64,000 nt of DNA from Candidatus Korobacteraceae bacterium (GTDB taxonomy: Bacteria; Acidobacteriota; Terriglobia; Terriglobales; Acidobacteriaceae). Location: contig JBEKNL010000016.1 in NCBI GenBank assembly GCA_049522855.1, positions 3,312-67,311 of the forward strand, read 5' to 3'. A program made the position numbers and the translations under genes. Below the pieces are notes generated by a model. It ran no database searches, was not told the origin of the DNA, and saw only the letters and a program-made list of their open reading frames with translations. This document shows positions 27,976 to 37,409 of the stretch, one piece after another; the stretch's first letter is position 1, and each line of letters starts with the position of its first letter.

Positions 27976-30900
27976 ATGATCCTCCCGTTCGTTCGCGAAC
28001 TCTTCGCGGACGTGGAAAAGTCTTCCGCCTTTGCGCGTGCTGTAACCCGGGTAAAGGGTGGCGCGGGGCGGACTCGTGTCTCTGGACTCACTCCGACGGG
28101 CAAAGCCCTCTTCTATGCACTGTTGCATCGCTCTACATCGCGGCCGGTCATCGTCGTCGTTAGTGACAACCGCGCGGTGGATGAATTGCTGCCGGTCGTG
28201 CGCTCGCTTGGCGATCTGACGGGCGCCGTCGCGCCGGACGCGGTCATTGGCTTGCCCGCCTACGACGTGTTGCCTTTCGAGAATCTGTCGCCTCATCCTG
28301 AAATTCAGGAGGCCCGCGCCACCGCCTTATGGAAGATTGCCACCGGAGCCGCCAGCGTGGTGATCACGCCGCTGGCCGCGACAGCAATGCGTTTACGCGA
28401 CGCCGAATTTTACGCGGACCTGGCCAAGGTGGTGCGACGAGGTGAGATGATCGATCCCGAGCGCCTGGTCGAGCACCTGCGCATCGTAGGCTACAACCAG
28501 GTGGACGTGGTCGAGATGCCGGGCGAATTCGCCCATCGCGGCGGCCTGCTCGACGTATATTCGCCGGAACTGGACCGGCCGGTCCGCATCGAGCTTTTCG
28601 GCGATGAAGTGGAGTCAATCCGCAAGTTCGATCCTGGCACCCAGCGCTCGGCGGCGGTGACCGAAGAAGCCATTCTGCTTCCTCTGACGGAAACTCCCGT
28701 GGAAGAAGAGACGCTGGCCGCGATCAATGCACGGCTCTCCGGCGCCCGGCTGACGGGGGACGAACAGGTGATTGAGGAGGTGGTCCGCGCGACCGGCGTT
28801 GCCGTGTTTCCCGGCTGGGAACTCTACGCCCCGGCGGCGGGCAGGAAAGAAAACTTCTTCGATGATCTGCTGCCGGGCGCGACTATCGTTCTCGACGAAC
28901 CCGACGCCCTGAATATCGCGCACGATGCGTGGTGGACGAAAGTGACTGAGGCCCACGAACGCAGCCTGGTCGGCAATCTGGTTCGTCCGGAAAATCTGTA
29001 TCTCACGCCGGAACAGTGGGGCGAGCGTTTACAATACGCGGCCACCATCGCCGTCGAGCAACTGGGGATCGAGACCGGTGCCGACGAAGAACACTTCACC
29101 CTGCAAACCCAGCCCACAACGCGCTTTCACGGCTCGGTCGCTGCCATGACCGAAGAAGTGGGACGCCTCGTGCGGGAAGGCAAGCGCGTCCTCTTTGCCG
29201 TCTCCAGCACCGGCGAGGTCGAACGCCTGGCCGACGTCTTCAACGAATACAACTTGTCGTTCCGCATCGGCAGCCGCACCCCCAAGCCGGGCAGCGAAGT
29301 GTATGTGGACGAGTCGTCGTACTTCGCGGAGGACGTAGTGGCCACAACCATCGTGAAGGCGTATGTGCCCGAAGGAGTCGCCCTGCCGGAGGCGAACCTG
29401 GTGCTCTTCGGGGCGCGCGATCTGTTCGATGAGCCGGAGGTTTCGCTGGCCCATCCGCAACGGCAGAAGTCCAAAGTCTCGGCCTTCCTCTCCGATTTTC
29501 GCGATCTGGCCATCGGCGATTATGTGGTGCACGTCGAGCACGGCATCGGCCAGTACCAGGGACTAAAAGAGATTCCCCAGGAAGATGGCGGCACCGTCGA
29601 GTTCATGGTCCTGCAATACGCCGAGGGGGCGCGCCTGTATGTCCCACTCACCCGGCTGGACCTGGTGCAGAAGTACCGCTCCTCCGAAGGAGTGAAGCCG
29701 GTACTGAATCGGCTGGGCACGCAGCAGTGGCAGAGGACCAAGGCCCGCGTGAAGAAGGCCATGCAAGACATGGCCGAGGAGCTGCTCAAACTTTACGCCG
29801 TGCGCAAGACCGCCGAGGGACACGGGTTTGCCGCCGACAGTGAATGGCAACGCGAGTTCGAAGGCGCCTTCGAGTTCAGCGAAACCGAAGATCAGATGAA
29901 CGCGATCGTTGATGTCAAGCGCGACATGGAGTTGGCCACGCCGATGGACCGCCTGCTCTGCGGCGATGTGGGATACGGCAAGACGGAAGTCGGCATGCGC
30001 GCGGCCTTCAAGGCGGTCAACGACAATCGCCAGGTCGCGGTGCTGGCGCCGACCACCGTGCTCGCCTTACAGCACTACAACACCTTTCGGCAGCGCTTCG
30101 CGGCCTTTCCCATCAAGATCGACATGCTCAGCCGCTTCCGCACCACGAAGCAGCAAAAGGAAACCATCGCCAAGGTCGAGGCGGGCCAGGTGGACATCGT
30201 CATCGGTACTCATCGGGTGTTGTCGAAGGACGTCAAGTTCAGCGACCTGGGGCTGGTCATCGTGGACGAAGAACAGCGCTTCGGCGTTCGCCACAAGGAG
30301 CGGCTGAAGCAGCTTCGCAAGGAGGTGGACGTGCTTACCATGTCGGCCACGCCCATTCCGCGCACCTTGCACATGTCGCTGCTGGGGCTGCGCGACATGA
30401 GCGTGATCGAGACCCCGCCCAAAGACCGCATGGCGATCCAGACGGTGGTGGCGGCATGGGACGAGAAGCTGCTTCGTTCGGCGATCGAGAAGGAGTTGGA
30501 GCGCGGCGGGCAAGTTTACTTCGTGCACAATCGCGTGGAAAGCATCTACGAGATTGCGGACAAGCTGCGCGAGATGGCGCCGCAGGCCCGCATTCTGATC
30601 GGCCACGGCCAGATGCCGGAGAGCGAACTGGAGCGCATCATGCTCGCCTTCATGCGGCACGAAGCCGACATCCTGGTGGCGACCACGATCATCGAGAATG
30701 GTCTCGACATTCCGCTGTGCAACACCATCGTCATCAACCGCGCCGATCGGCACGGGCTTTCGGAGTTGTACCAGTTGCGCGGACGCGTGGGCCGCTCGGA
30801 CCGCCGGGCCTATGCCTATCTGCTCATCCCGCCTGACCGCGAACTGAGCGACCTGGCAAGACGCAGACTGGCGGCGCTCAAGGAGTTCAGCGATCTGGGC

Positions 30901-31515
30901 GCAGGATTCAAGATTGCGGCGCTCGATCTGGAATTGCGTGGTGCTGGAAATCTGCTGGGTGGCCAGCAGAGCGGCCACATTGAGGCTGTCGGTTTCGAGC
31001 TTTACACCACCATGCTGGAGCGCACGGTGCGCGAACTGAAGGGTGAGGTGCAGGCGGAGACGGCCGAGACGCAATTGAACCTGGGGCTGAACATCCGCAT
31101 TCCTTCCGATTACATCCCAGAAGAGAACCAACGGTTGCGCATGTACAAGCGCGTCGCCGGGGTGGAGACCGAGGCGCAACTGGAGGATGTCGCGGCAGAG
31201 TTGGGCGACCGTTACGGCGCGCCGCCTCCGCCGGTTCGCAGCCTGCTGGAGTATGCAACTTTGAAATTGCTGTCACAGCGGATCGGGGTGGCGCAGATTG
31301 AGCGCCGCCGTGAGGCCGTCAGCATCCGCTTTACCGAGAGCGCCTCGGTCGATCCGGAACGCTTGGCCCGGTTTGTTGCCGGAGAACCCGGAAGCCAGTT
31401 CACGCCGGCGGGCGTGCTGAAGTTCAGCCTGAAAGAGAAGCAGCCGGAGCAGGTGCTGTCGCGGCTGAAATCGTTGCTCGAACAATTGGCGGGAGAGCAG
31501 CAGGCAGTCGCGTGA
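27976..31515 (+). CDS. mfd: transcription-repair coupling factor
   Basis: 1179 aa, with a UvrB-homology N-terminus, helicase motifs GDVGYGKTEV and DEEQRFG, and a TRCF C-terminal domain. Confidence 0.95.
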   Translation: MILPFVRELFADVEKSSAFARAVTRVKGGAGRTRVSGLTPTGKALFYALLHRSTSRPVIVVVSDNRAVDELLPVVRSLGDLTGAVAPDAVIGLPAYDVLPFENLSPHPEIQEARATALWKIATGAASVVITPLAATAMRLRDAEFYADLAKVVRRGEMIDPERLVEHLRIVGYNQVDVVEMPGEFAHRGGLLDVYSPELDRPVRIELFGDEVESIRKFDPGTQRSAAVTEEAILLPLTETPVEEETLAAINARLSGARLTGDEQVIEEVVRATGVAVFPGWELYAPAAGRKENFFDDLLPGATIVLDEPDALNIAHDAWWTKVTEAHERSLVGNLVRPENLYLTPEQWGERLQYAATIAVEQLGIETGADEEHFTLQTQPTTRFHGSVAAMTEEVGRLVREGKRVLFAVSSTGEVERLADVFNEYNLSFRIGSRTPKPGSEVYVDESSYFAEDVVATTIVKAYVPEGVALPEANLVLFGARDLFDEPEVSLAHPQRQKSKVSAFLSDFRDLAIGDYVVHVEHGIGQYQGLKEIPQEDGGTVEFMVLQYAEGARLYVPLTRLDLVQKYRSSEGVKPVLNRLGTQQWQRTKARVKKAMQDMAEELLKLYAVRKTAEGHGFAADSEWQREFEGAFEFSETEDQMNAIVDVKRDMELATPMDRLLCGDVGYGKTEVGMRAAFKAVNDNRQVAVLAPTTVLALQHYNTFRQRFAAFPIKIDMLSRFRTTKQQKETIAKVEAGQVDIVIGTHRVLSKDVKFSDLGLVIVDEEQRFGVRHKERLKQLRKEVDVLTMSATPIPRTLHMSLLGLRDMSVIETPPKDRMAIQTVVAAWDEKLLRSAIEKELERGGQVYFVHNRVESIYEIADKLREMAPQARILIGHGQMPESELERIMLAFMRHEADILVATTIIENGLDIPLCNTIVINRADRHGLSELYQLRGRVGRSDRRAYAYLLIPPDRELSDLARRRLAALKEFSDLGAGFKIAALDLELRGAGNLLGGQQSGHIEAVGFELYTTMLERTVRELKGEVQAETAETQLNLGLNIRIPSDYIPEENQRLRMYKRVAGVETEAQLEDVAAELGDRYGAPPPPVRSLLEYATLKLLSQRIGVAQIERRREAVSIRFTESASVDPERLARFVAGEPGSQFTPAGVLKFSLKEKQPEQVLSRLKSLLEQLAGEQQAVA

Positions 31516-31548
31516 TAAGTTAGCTTTTCGTTCCATCCAAGAGGACCC

Positions 31549-32430
31549 ATGAAGAAGCAGGTTTGCAAGGCGGTTTTTCCGGCGGCGGGACTGGGCACCC
31601 GATTTCTGCCCGCCACCAAGGCCCAGCCTAAGGAGATGATGCCGCTGGTGGACAAGCCCATCATTCAGTACGGCGTCGAAGAGGCGCTGGCCTCCGGCTG
31701 CGACCAGATCATCATCGTGACGGGGCGCGGCAAGAGCGCCATCGAAGACCACTTCGACGTCAGCTACGAGCTGGAGAAGATGCTGGAGGAGCGCGGCAAG
31801 ACCGACTTGCTGGCCATCGTTCGTCAGATTTCCGAGATGATCCACATCGCCTACGTCCGGCAGAAAGAAGCTATGGGCCTGGGTCACGCGGTGTTGATGG
31901 CGCGCGAGCTGGTCGGAGATGAGCCCTTCGCGGTGATTCTGGCCGACGACATTATCGACGCCCAGGTCCCGTGCCTGAAGCAGATGATCGAAATCTACGA
32001 CGAGACCGGATGTTCCGTGCTGGCGACGCAGGTCATCGAAGGCAAAGCCATCTCTTCGTACGGTGTGCTCGATGCCAAACCGGTTCCGGGCAAATGGAAG
32101 GGCCGTCTCTTCGAAGTTCAGAACCTGGTGGAGAAGCCGAAGCTGGAAGATGCCCCTTCGAACCTGGCGATCATCGGACGGTACATTCTGACGCCCGCAA
32201 TCTTCGAAATGCTGGATTCGACTCCGCTGGGGGCGGGCGGCGAATTGCAGCTCACCGACGGCCTGAAGCAATTGCTCAAGAAGGAAAAGATTTACGGGTA
32301 CACCTTTGAAGGCAAGCGACACGATACTGGCGACAAGCTGGGCTTCCTGAAAGCGACGGTAGAGTTTGCACTGAAGCGCGACGATCTCGGCGGCGACTTC
32401 CGGGAGTATCTGAAGACGTTGGAGCTGTAA
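31549..32430 (+). CDS. galU: UTP--glucose-1-phosphate uridylyltransferase
   Basis: PAAGLGTRFLPATKAQPKEMMPLVDKP motif and a GalU-length protein. Confidence 0.93.
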   Translation: MKKQVCKAVFPAAGLGTRFLPATKAQPKEMMPLVDKPIIQYGVEEALASGCDQIIIVTGRGKSAIEDHFDVSYELEKMLEERGKTDLLAIVRQISEMIHIAYVRQKEAMGLGHAVLMARELVGDEPFAVILADDIIDAQVPCLKQMIEIYDETGCSVLATQVIEGKAISSYGVLDAKPVPGKWKGRLFEVQNLVEKPKLEDAPSNLAIIGRYILTPAIFEMLDSTPLGAGGELQLTDGLKQLLKKEKIYGYTFEGKRHDTGDKLGFLKATVEFALKRDDLGGDFREYLKTLEL

Positions 32431-32457
32431 GCGGCGACAGTCCCTCGACCTAGCTCA

Positions 32458-32964
32458 CTACTTTTTACTTTCTTTCAGCTTGCGCGATTTCGCTTCCACG
32501 CCCTTCGCCAGCTTCTTCTTATGGGCTTCGAGTTTTCTGGCCACTTCCTCATCGTAAAGTCCAATCATTTGCGCTGCGAGAATGCCGGCGTTGGTCGCCC
32601 CCGGTTTGCCGATGGCGACGGTCGCGACGGGAATTCCCGCCGGCATCTGCACCATCGCCAGCAACGAGTCGAGTCCCAGCAACGCGGTCGAAGGGATCGG
32701 CACAGCGATTACGGGCAACGTAGTTTCGGCGGCGATGACGCCGGCGAGATGCGCAGCCCCGCCGGCGCCGGCAATGACGATCTTTATGCCACGAGCCTTC
32801 AGTCCGCGCGAATACTCGCTGGTGCGCGCCGGTGAACGATGTGCCGAGGTGATGTCGATCTCATACGGAATGCCGAACTCGGCCAGCGCCTTCCCGGCCT
32901 CGTTCATGATCTCGAGGTCGGAGTCGCTGCCCATGACGATGGAGACGAGAGGATTATTTTTCAT
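32458..32964 (-). CDS. purE: 5-(carboxyamino)imidazole ribonucleotide mutase
   Basis: VSIVMGSDSDL...SAHRSP...AGGAAHLAGV motifs. Start set at ATG 32964 (MKNNPL). Confidence 0.93.
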   Translation of the reverse strand: MKNNPLVSIVMGSDSDLEIMNEAGKALAEFGIPYEIDITSAHRSPARTSEYSRGLKARGIKIVIAGAGGAAHLAGVIAAETTLPVIAVPIPSTALLGLDSLLAMVQMPAGIPVATVAIGKPGATNAGILAAQMIGLYDEEVARKLEAHKKKLAKGVEAKSRKLKESKK

Positions 32965-32989
32965 GTTCGGGCTTTTCTGTGATGAACTT

Positions 32990-33165
32990 CTGCCGTCCCT
33001 ACGGGACTCAAATTTGATTAAACGCTTACCCACCGCTGAAGCGGGTATGTGAGAACTGTGCCGTCCCTAAAGGGACTCAGATCTATTTCACAGCTTACCC
33101 AGCACTCCGCCTTCGGCTCCGTGCTGGGCTAAGCTCTTCCGTCCCGCAAGCGGGACTCGGTTTCT
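32990..33165. repeat. three tandem REP-like units in the purD-purE spacer
   Basis: ctgccgtccctacgggactc...ttacccaccgctgaagcgggta; ctgtgccgtccctaaagggactc...ttacccagcactccgccttcggctccgtgctgggctaa; cttccgtcccgcaagcgggactc. Confidence 0.75.
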
Positions 33166-33210
33166 GCTACTTAGGCCACGACGGCGAATTGTGCAATATG
33201 ATCCTCGCAA

Positions 33211-34497
33211 TTATTTCCCCGCGCGCAAATGTTTCAGCCCCCGCGCCGCGATGTCTTTGCGGTAGTGCATGCCGTCGAAGCGGACCTTCATGACCGCGTC
33301 GTAGGCGCGCTCGACCGCGTCCGGCAGGTCTTTGCCGCGCGCAGTCACGCCCAGCACGCGGCCGCCGGAGGTGTAATAGGCGCCATCACGCCGGTTGGTG
33401 CCGGCATGAAAGACTTTTACTCCGTAGATGCGCTCCGCTTCGTCCAGACCGCTGATGAGCTTGCCCGCCTCGAACCCGCCAGGATAGCCGCCAGATGCCA
33501 TCACGACGCAGACCGCGGGATCATGGCTCCAGCGGAAGTCGCCTTCGCTGACGCGTCCTTCGATGGACGCCTCAATCGCTTCGAGCAGATCGCTCTCCAT
33601 GCGCATCATGATGGGCTGGGTCTCCGGATCGCCGAAGCGGCAATTGAACTCCAACACCATGGGCCCGCGCGCCGTCATCATAATGCCGCAATAGAGGATG
33701 CCTTTGTACTCCGCGCCCTCGGCCCTCATGCCGGCGACGACCGGACGCGCGATGTGGCTCACCAGCCAGTCGCGCATCTGGGCATCGACCATCTGGTCGG
33801 TCGAATAGGCGCCCATGCCGCCGGTGTTCGGGCCTTGGTCATCGTCGAAGACCCGCTTGTGGTCCTGCGCAGCCACTAGCGGAACTACCCGCTCGCCGTC
33901 GCTCATCACCAGGAACGACAGCTCCTCGCCCTCCAGACACTCCTCGAGCACCACGCGCGATCCAGCCTCGCCCAGCATCTTGCCGCTGAGCATGTCTTCG
34001 GCGGTGCGCTGCGCTTCGTCCTTGCTCTGCGCGATGACGACACCCTTGCCGGCGGCGAGACCGTCGGCCTTCACCACGATCGGAGCATGAAATAACTTAA
34101 GGGCTTCGACGACCTCTTCGTTGTTGGTGCACACCGAGTATTTGGCCGTGGGGATGCGGTGGCGCTGCATGAACTCTTTGGCGAAACTCTTGCTGGACTC
34201 CAATTGCGCTGCGGCGCGCGTCGGTCCGAAGACAGGCCAGCCGCGCCTCTGAAATTCGTCCACCACGCCCAGCGTCAGCGGCAGCTCAGGTCCGACCACA
34301 GTCACGTCGGGACTGAGCCGGCCTGCGAGCTGCACCAGTGAATCCAGGCTTTTGAGGTCCGTGGCGACACATTCGGCGTCGGCTGCAATGCCGCCGTTGC
34401 CGGGAGCGCAATAAAGCTTGGTGACCCGCGGCGACTGCCGCAGCTTCCATACCATCGCGTGTTCGCGACCACCGCTGCCGAGGACCAGGACTTTCAT
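33211..34497 (-). CDS. purD: phosphoribosylamine--glycine ligase
   Basis: MKVLVLGSGGREHAMVWKL N-terminus and an ATP-grasp body typical of PurD. Confidence 0.95.
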   Translation of the reverse strand: MKVLVLGSGGREHAMVWKLRQSPRVTKLYCAPGNGGIAADAECVATDLKSLDSLVQLAGRLSPDVTVVGPELPLTLGVVDEFQRRGWPVFGPTRAAAQLESSKSFAKEFMQRHRIPTAKYSVCTNNEEVVEALKLFHAPIVVKADGLAAGKGVVIAQSKDEAQRTAEDMLSGKMLGEAGSRVVLEECLEGEELSFLVMSDGERVVPLVAAQDHKRVFDDDQGPNTGGMGAYSTDQMVDAQMRDWLVSHIARPVVAGMRAEGAEYKGILYCGIMMTARGPMVLEFNCRFGDPETQPIMMRMESDLLEAIEASIEGRVSEGDFRWSHDPAVCVVMASGGYPGGFEAGKLISGLDEAERIYGVKVFHAGTNRRDGAYYTSGGRVLGVTARGKDLPDAVERAYDAVMKVRFDGMHYRKDIAARGLKHLRAGK

Positions 34498-34609
34498 GGG
34501 ACCAGGTTTCGCACGACTTGTCTACTGACGAGAATGAGATGCGAAGCGAAAGAAAAGAGTAGGGCGCAGTGCGCCCGATGTCAAACTTGCAGTGCAGCTG
34601 CTTCTCCAT

Positions 34610-34653
34610 CTGTCATCCTGAGCGAGCGCAGCGAGTCGAAGGACCCCTATAGC
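34610..34653. repeat. gtcatcctgag / tcgaaggacccc element
   Basis: ctgtcatcctgagcgagcgcagcgagtcgaaggacccctatagc. Confidence 0.7.
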
Positions 34654-34748
34654 CGCAGGATCGCTGTGTCGCCGTCTCGCCCAGCAACAGATCTGGGATC
34701 GCCTTGCAATCCTCTGTTAACTGTCGTTAACTAAGACTTAACAATCTC

Positions 34749-35435
34749 ATGATCACGGTTTCCAAAGAAGATTACCTCAAGGCCATCCTGGAAGCGGAGG
34801 GCGAAGGCGAGCAGGTCATCTCAGCCCGCCTGGCGCAATGGCTTTCGGTTTCCGCGCCGGCGGTCACCATGGCTTTGCGGCGACTCAAGCGCGACGGACT
34901 GGTTTCCGTGCGCAGCGACGGGCGAGTACAACTCACGGCAGAAGGGCGGAAGATCGCCCGGCGACTGGCCATACGGCATCACCTGATCGAACGCATGCTG
35001 CACGAGATCTTCGGCATGGAGTGGTACAAAGTGCATGATGAAGCGGAGCGCCTGGAACATGCCGTCTCCAGCGACTTCGAAGCCATGCTCACGCGCAAAT
35101 TGGGGCGCGGCGGGCCTTGTCCGCATGGCAATTCGCCGACTCCTGAGCCGCCGCGCAGCAAGCGTAAACGCGGGCTGCTGCTGCTTTCCGAATCGCAGCC
35201 TAGCGGCCGCTATGCGGTGCAGAGCGTTTACGAACGCGACCGCAGGCTGGGAGAGTTCCTGGAGAAGCTTGGTATTCGCCCCGGAGCAGAGATTGCGGTC
35301 CATCTCCGGAACTACGACGACACCCTTAGCCTGGTCACCACGGCGGGCAAGGTGTCGCTAGGCCGCAGCGCTGCGGAAAAAGTGTGGGTTGCACCTGCCA
35401 ATGGCGACAGTTCCTCTCGTCCAAAAAAGAATTAA
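34749..35435 (+). CDS. DtxR/MntR-family metal-dependent transcriptional repressor with a FeoA/SH3-like C-terminal domain
   Basis: SKEDYLKAILEAEGEGEQVISARLAQWLSVSAPAVTMALRRLKRDGLV is a winged-helix domain. It is followed by a DtxR dimerisation/metal-binding region (HHLIERML...). Confidence 0.88.
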   Translation: MITVSKEDYLKAILEAEGEGEQVISARLAQWLSVSAPAVTMALRRLKRDGLVSVRSDGRVQLTAEGRKIARRLAIRHHLIERMLHEIFGMEWYKVHDEAERLEHAVSSDFEAMLTRKLGRGGPCPHGNSPTPEPPRSKRKRGLLLLSESQPSGRYAVQSVYERDRRLGEFLEKLGIRPGAEIAVHLRNYDDTLSLVTTAGKVSLGRSAAEKVWVAPANGDSSSRPKKN

Positions 35436-35522
35436 CCACGGTTTAGTAAATCCTGTATACTTCGGCTAATGGTGTGGATCCACAGCGGCGAGTCACGCCG
35501 CCGCTTTCTCGCTCGGTGAGCT

Positions 35523-36947
35523 TTGAACACGAAACCCCAGGCACCGCCTAGCCCGCAGGATGTACGGCCGGATGAAACCGCCCTCGGCAACCATGTGTCG
35601 TTGGAGGGGATGCACAGCTCCGTCGCGGTGCCGCACCATGAGGCCGGCTTCTGGCAGCAGTGGCGGGCTTTCGTCGGGCCGGCGATTCTGGTCAGCGTCG
35701 GCTATATGGACCCCGGCAACTGGGGGACGGACCTGCAAGGCGGCGCGCAGTTTAAGTACGGGCTTTTGTGGGTGGTCGGGCTGGCCAGTCTGATGGCCAT
35801 TTTCATGCAGGTAATCTCCGCCCGGCTGGGGGTGGTGACGGGGAAAGACCTTGCGCAATGCTGCCGCGACTGGTATCCCAGGTGGACGCGCTGGCCCAAT
35901 TGGCTGATGAGTGAAGTGGCCATCGGCGCTTGTGACTTGGCGGAGGTGCTGGGGAGCGCGGTGGCCCTCAACTTGATGTTCCATATCCCGCTGCTTTGGG
36001 CGGTCATCATCACAGGCTTGGACGTGCTCCTGCTGCTGGCCATGCAGCAGTTTGGAATGCGCACCATCGAGGCCATCGTCGTCCTGCTGATCGCCACCAT
36101 CGGGGTGTGCTACTTCATCGAGATTTTCGTTCTGCCGCAGACCCAGCCCAGTTTCCTTGAAATGGGACGGGCACTGATTTCGCCGCAGTTTCGCCAAGCG
36201 GGGATGTTGTACGTCGCCGTCGGCATCATCGGCGCGACCGTGATGCCGCACAATCTGTACTTGCACTCGGCCCTGGTGCAGAGCCGCAAGCTGCAGAAGG
36301 ACGAACTTTCCATGCGGCGCGCGGTCCGCTTCAACACCATTGACTCAACTGTGGCCTTGACCATCGCCTTCTTCGTCAACGCGGCGATTCTCGTGTTGGC
36401 GGCGATGGTGTTCTTTGGCAAGGAAAGCGTGACCGTAACCGGCGGCCAGTTGATCAAGTTCAAGGCGGACAGCGATTGGATTCGCGTCGCATATTTGACG
36501 CTGGCGCCGTTGTTGGGGACGGCTTTCGCGAGCACGCTGTTTGCGGTGGCCCTGCTGGCCAGCGGCCAGAGCAGCACCATCACCGGCACGCTCGCCGGGC
36601 AAGTGGTGATGGAAGGCTTCATGCATTGGCGAATCAAACCGTGGGTGCGGCGGCTCATCACCCGCACGCTCGCCATTCTGCCCGCAGTCTTCATTATTGG
36701 CCTGCGAGGCGACAGCAGCGTTACCGATCTGCTGATCCTCAGTCAAGTGGTCCTGGCGTTGCAGCTTCCGTTCGCGATGTTTCCGCTCCTGCAGTTCACC
36801 AGCTCCCGCAAGCGAATGGGGAATTGGAGGAACGGTTGGTTTCTACTGCTGGCAGGTTGGGGCAGTGCTATCCTGATCACCGCGATGGACGTTTACAGCT
36901 TGCCCGAATCGCTGAAAGCTGCGTGGCAAGTCATCGCCGGCACGTAA
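35523..36947 (+). CDS. mntH: Nramp-family divalent metal (Mn2+/Fe2+) transporter
   Basis: GPAILVSVGYMDPGNWGTDL signature and 11-12 TM segments. The TTG start at 35523 is uncertain (ATG at 35610 is possible). Confidence 0.92.
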   Translation: MNTKPQAPPSPQDVRPDETALGNHVSLEGMHSSVAVPHHEAGFWQQWRAFVGPAILVSVGYMDPGNWGTDLQGGAQFKYGLLWVVGLASLMAIFMQVISARLGVVTGKDLAQCCRDWYPRWTRWPNWLMSEVAIGACDLAEVLGSAVALNLMFHIPLLWAVIITGLDVLLLLAMQQFGMRTIEAIVVLLIATIGVCYFIEIFVLPQTQPSFLEMGRALISPQFRQAGMLYVAVGIIGATVMPHNLYLHSALVQSRKLQKDELSMRRAVRFNTIDSTVALTIAFFVNAAILVLAAMVFFGKESVTVTGGQLIKFKADSDWIRVAYLTLAPLLGTAFASTLFAVALLASGQSSTITGTLAGQVVMEGFMHWRIKPWVRRLITRTLAILPAVFIIGLRGDSSVTDLLILSQVVLALQLPFAMFPLLQFTSSRKRMGNWRNGWFLLLAGWGSAILITAMDVYSLPESLKAAWQVIAGT

Positions 36948-36974
36948 CCCGGCGACGAGATAAACGGGACGACC

Positions 36975-37391
36975 ATGTACGACACCATTCTCGTGACGTT
37001 GGACGGTACTCCGACGGACCGCGCGATCATCGAGCACATCAAACAGCTCGCGAAGCTGGCGCACAGCCATCTGGTGTTGCTGCATGTGGCCGACGGATGG
37101 GCGGCCCGGACCTATGGCCCGGACGCGATCAGTCCGGAAATCGCGGAAGACACCGCGTACTTAGAGAAAGTGCGGGCGGAGTTTCAGGCCATCGGCATTC
37201 CTACAGAAGCTGAATTGGCGTACGGCGAGCCGGTGAAGGAAATCATCAAATGGGTGCAGCGAAAGGGCTGCGATCTGGTGGCGATGAGCACCCACGGACA
37301 CCGCTTCCTAGCCGACCTGTTTCTCGGCACCACAGCCACGCAAGTCCGGCACAGCGTCAGCGTGCCTGTCCTTCTCCTCAAGGCGAAATAA
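36975..37391 (+). CDS. universal stress protein (UspA family)
   Basis: MYDTILVTLDGT...LLHVADG...DLVAMSTHGH...GTTATQVRHSVSVPVLLLK is the typical Usp pattern. Confidence 0.88.
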   Translation: MYDTILVTLDGTPTDRAIIEHIKQLAKLAHSHLVLLHVADGWAARTYGPDAISPEIAEDTAYLEKVRAEFQAIGIPTEAELAYGEPVKEIIKWVQRKGCDLVAMSTHGHRFLADLFLGTTATQVRHSVSVPVLLLKAK

Positions 37392-37409
37392 CCGTTGGAC
37401 GCGAGACCG

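Noticed and set aside
34498-34748. Purine, ZTP or other riboswitch in the purD leader
   Set aside because: The leader contains a copy of the gtcatcctgag interspersed element. I could not find the ZTP (pfl) or purine riboswitch core motifs.
35436-35522. Mn2+ (yybP-ykoY) riboswitch or DtxR-type operator upstream of mntH
   Set aside because: The spacer is under 90 nt. I recognised no riboswitch core, and TTAG...CTAA is only a weak partial dyad. Neither can be supported from the sequence alone.
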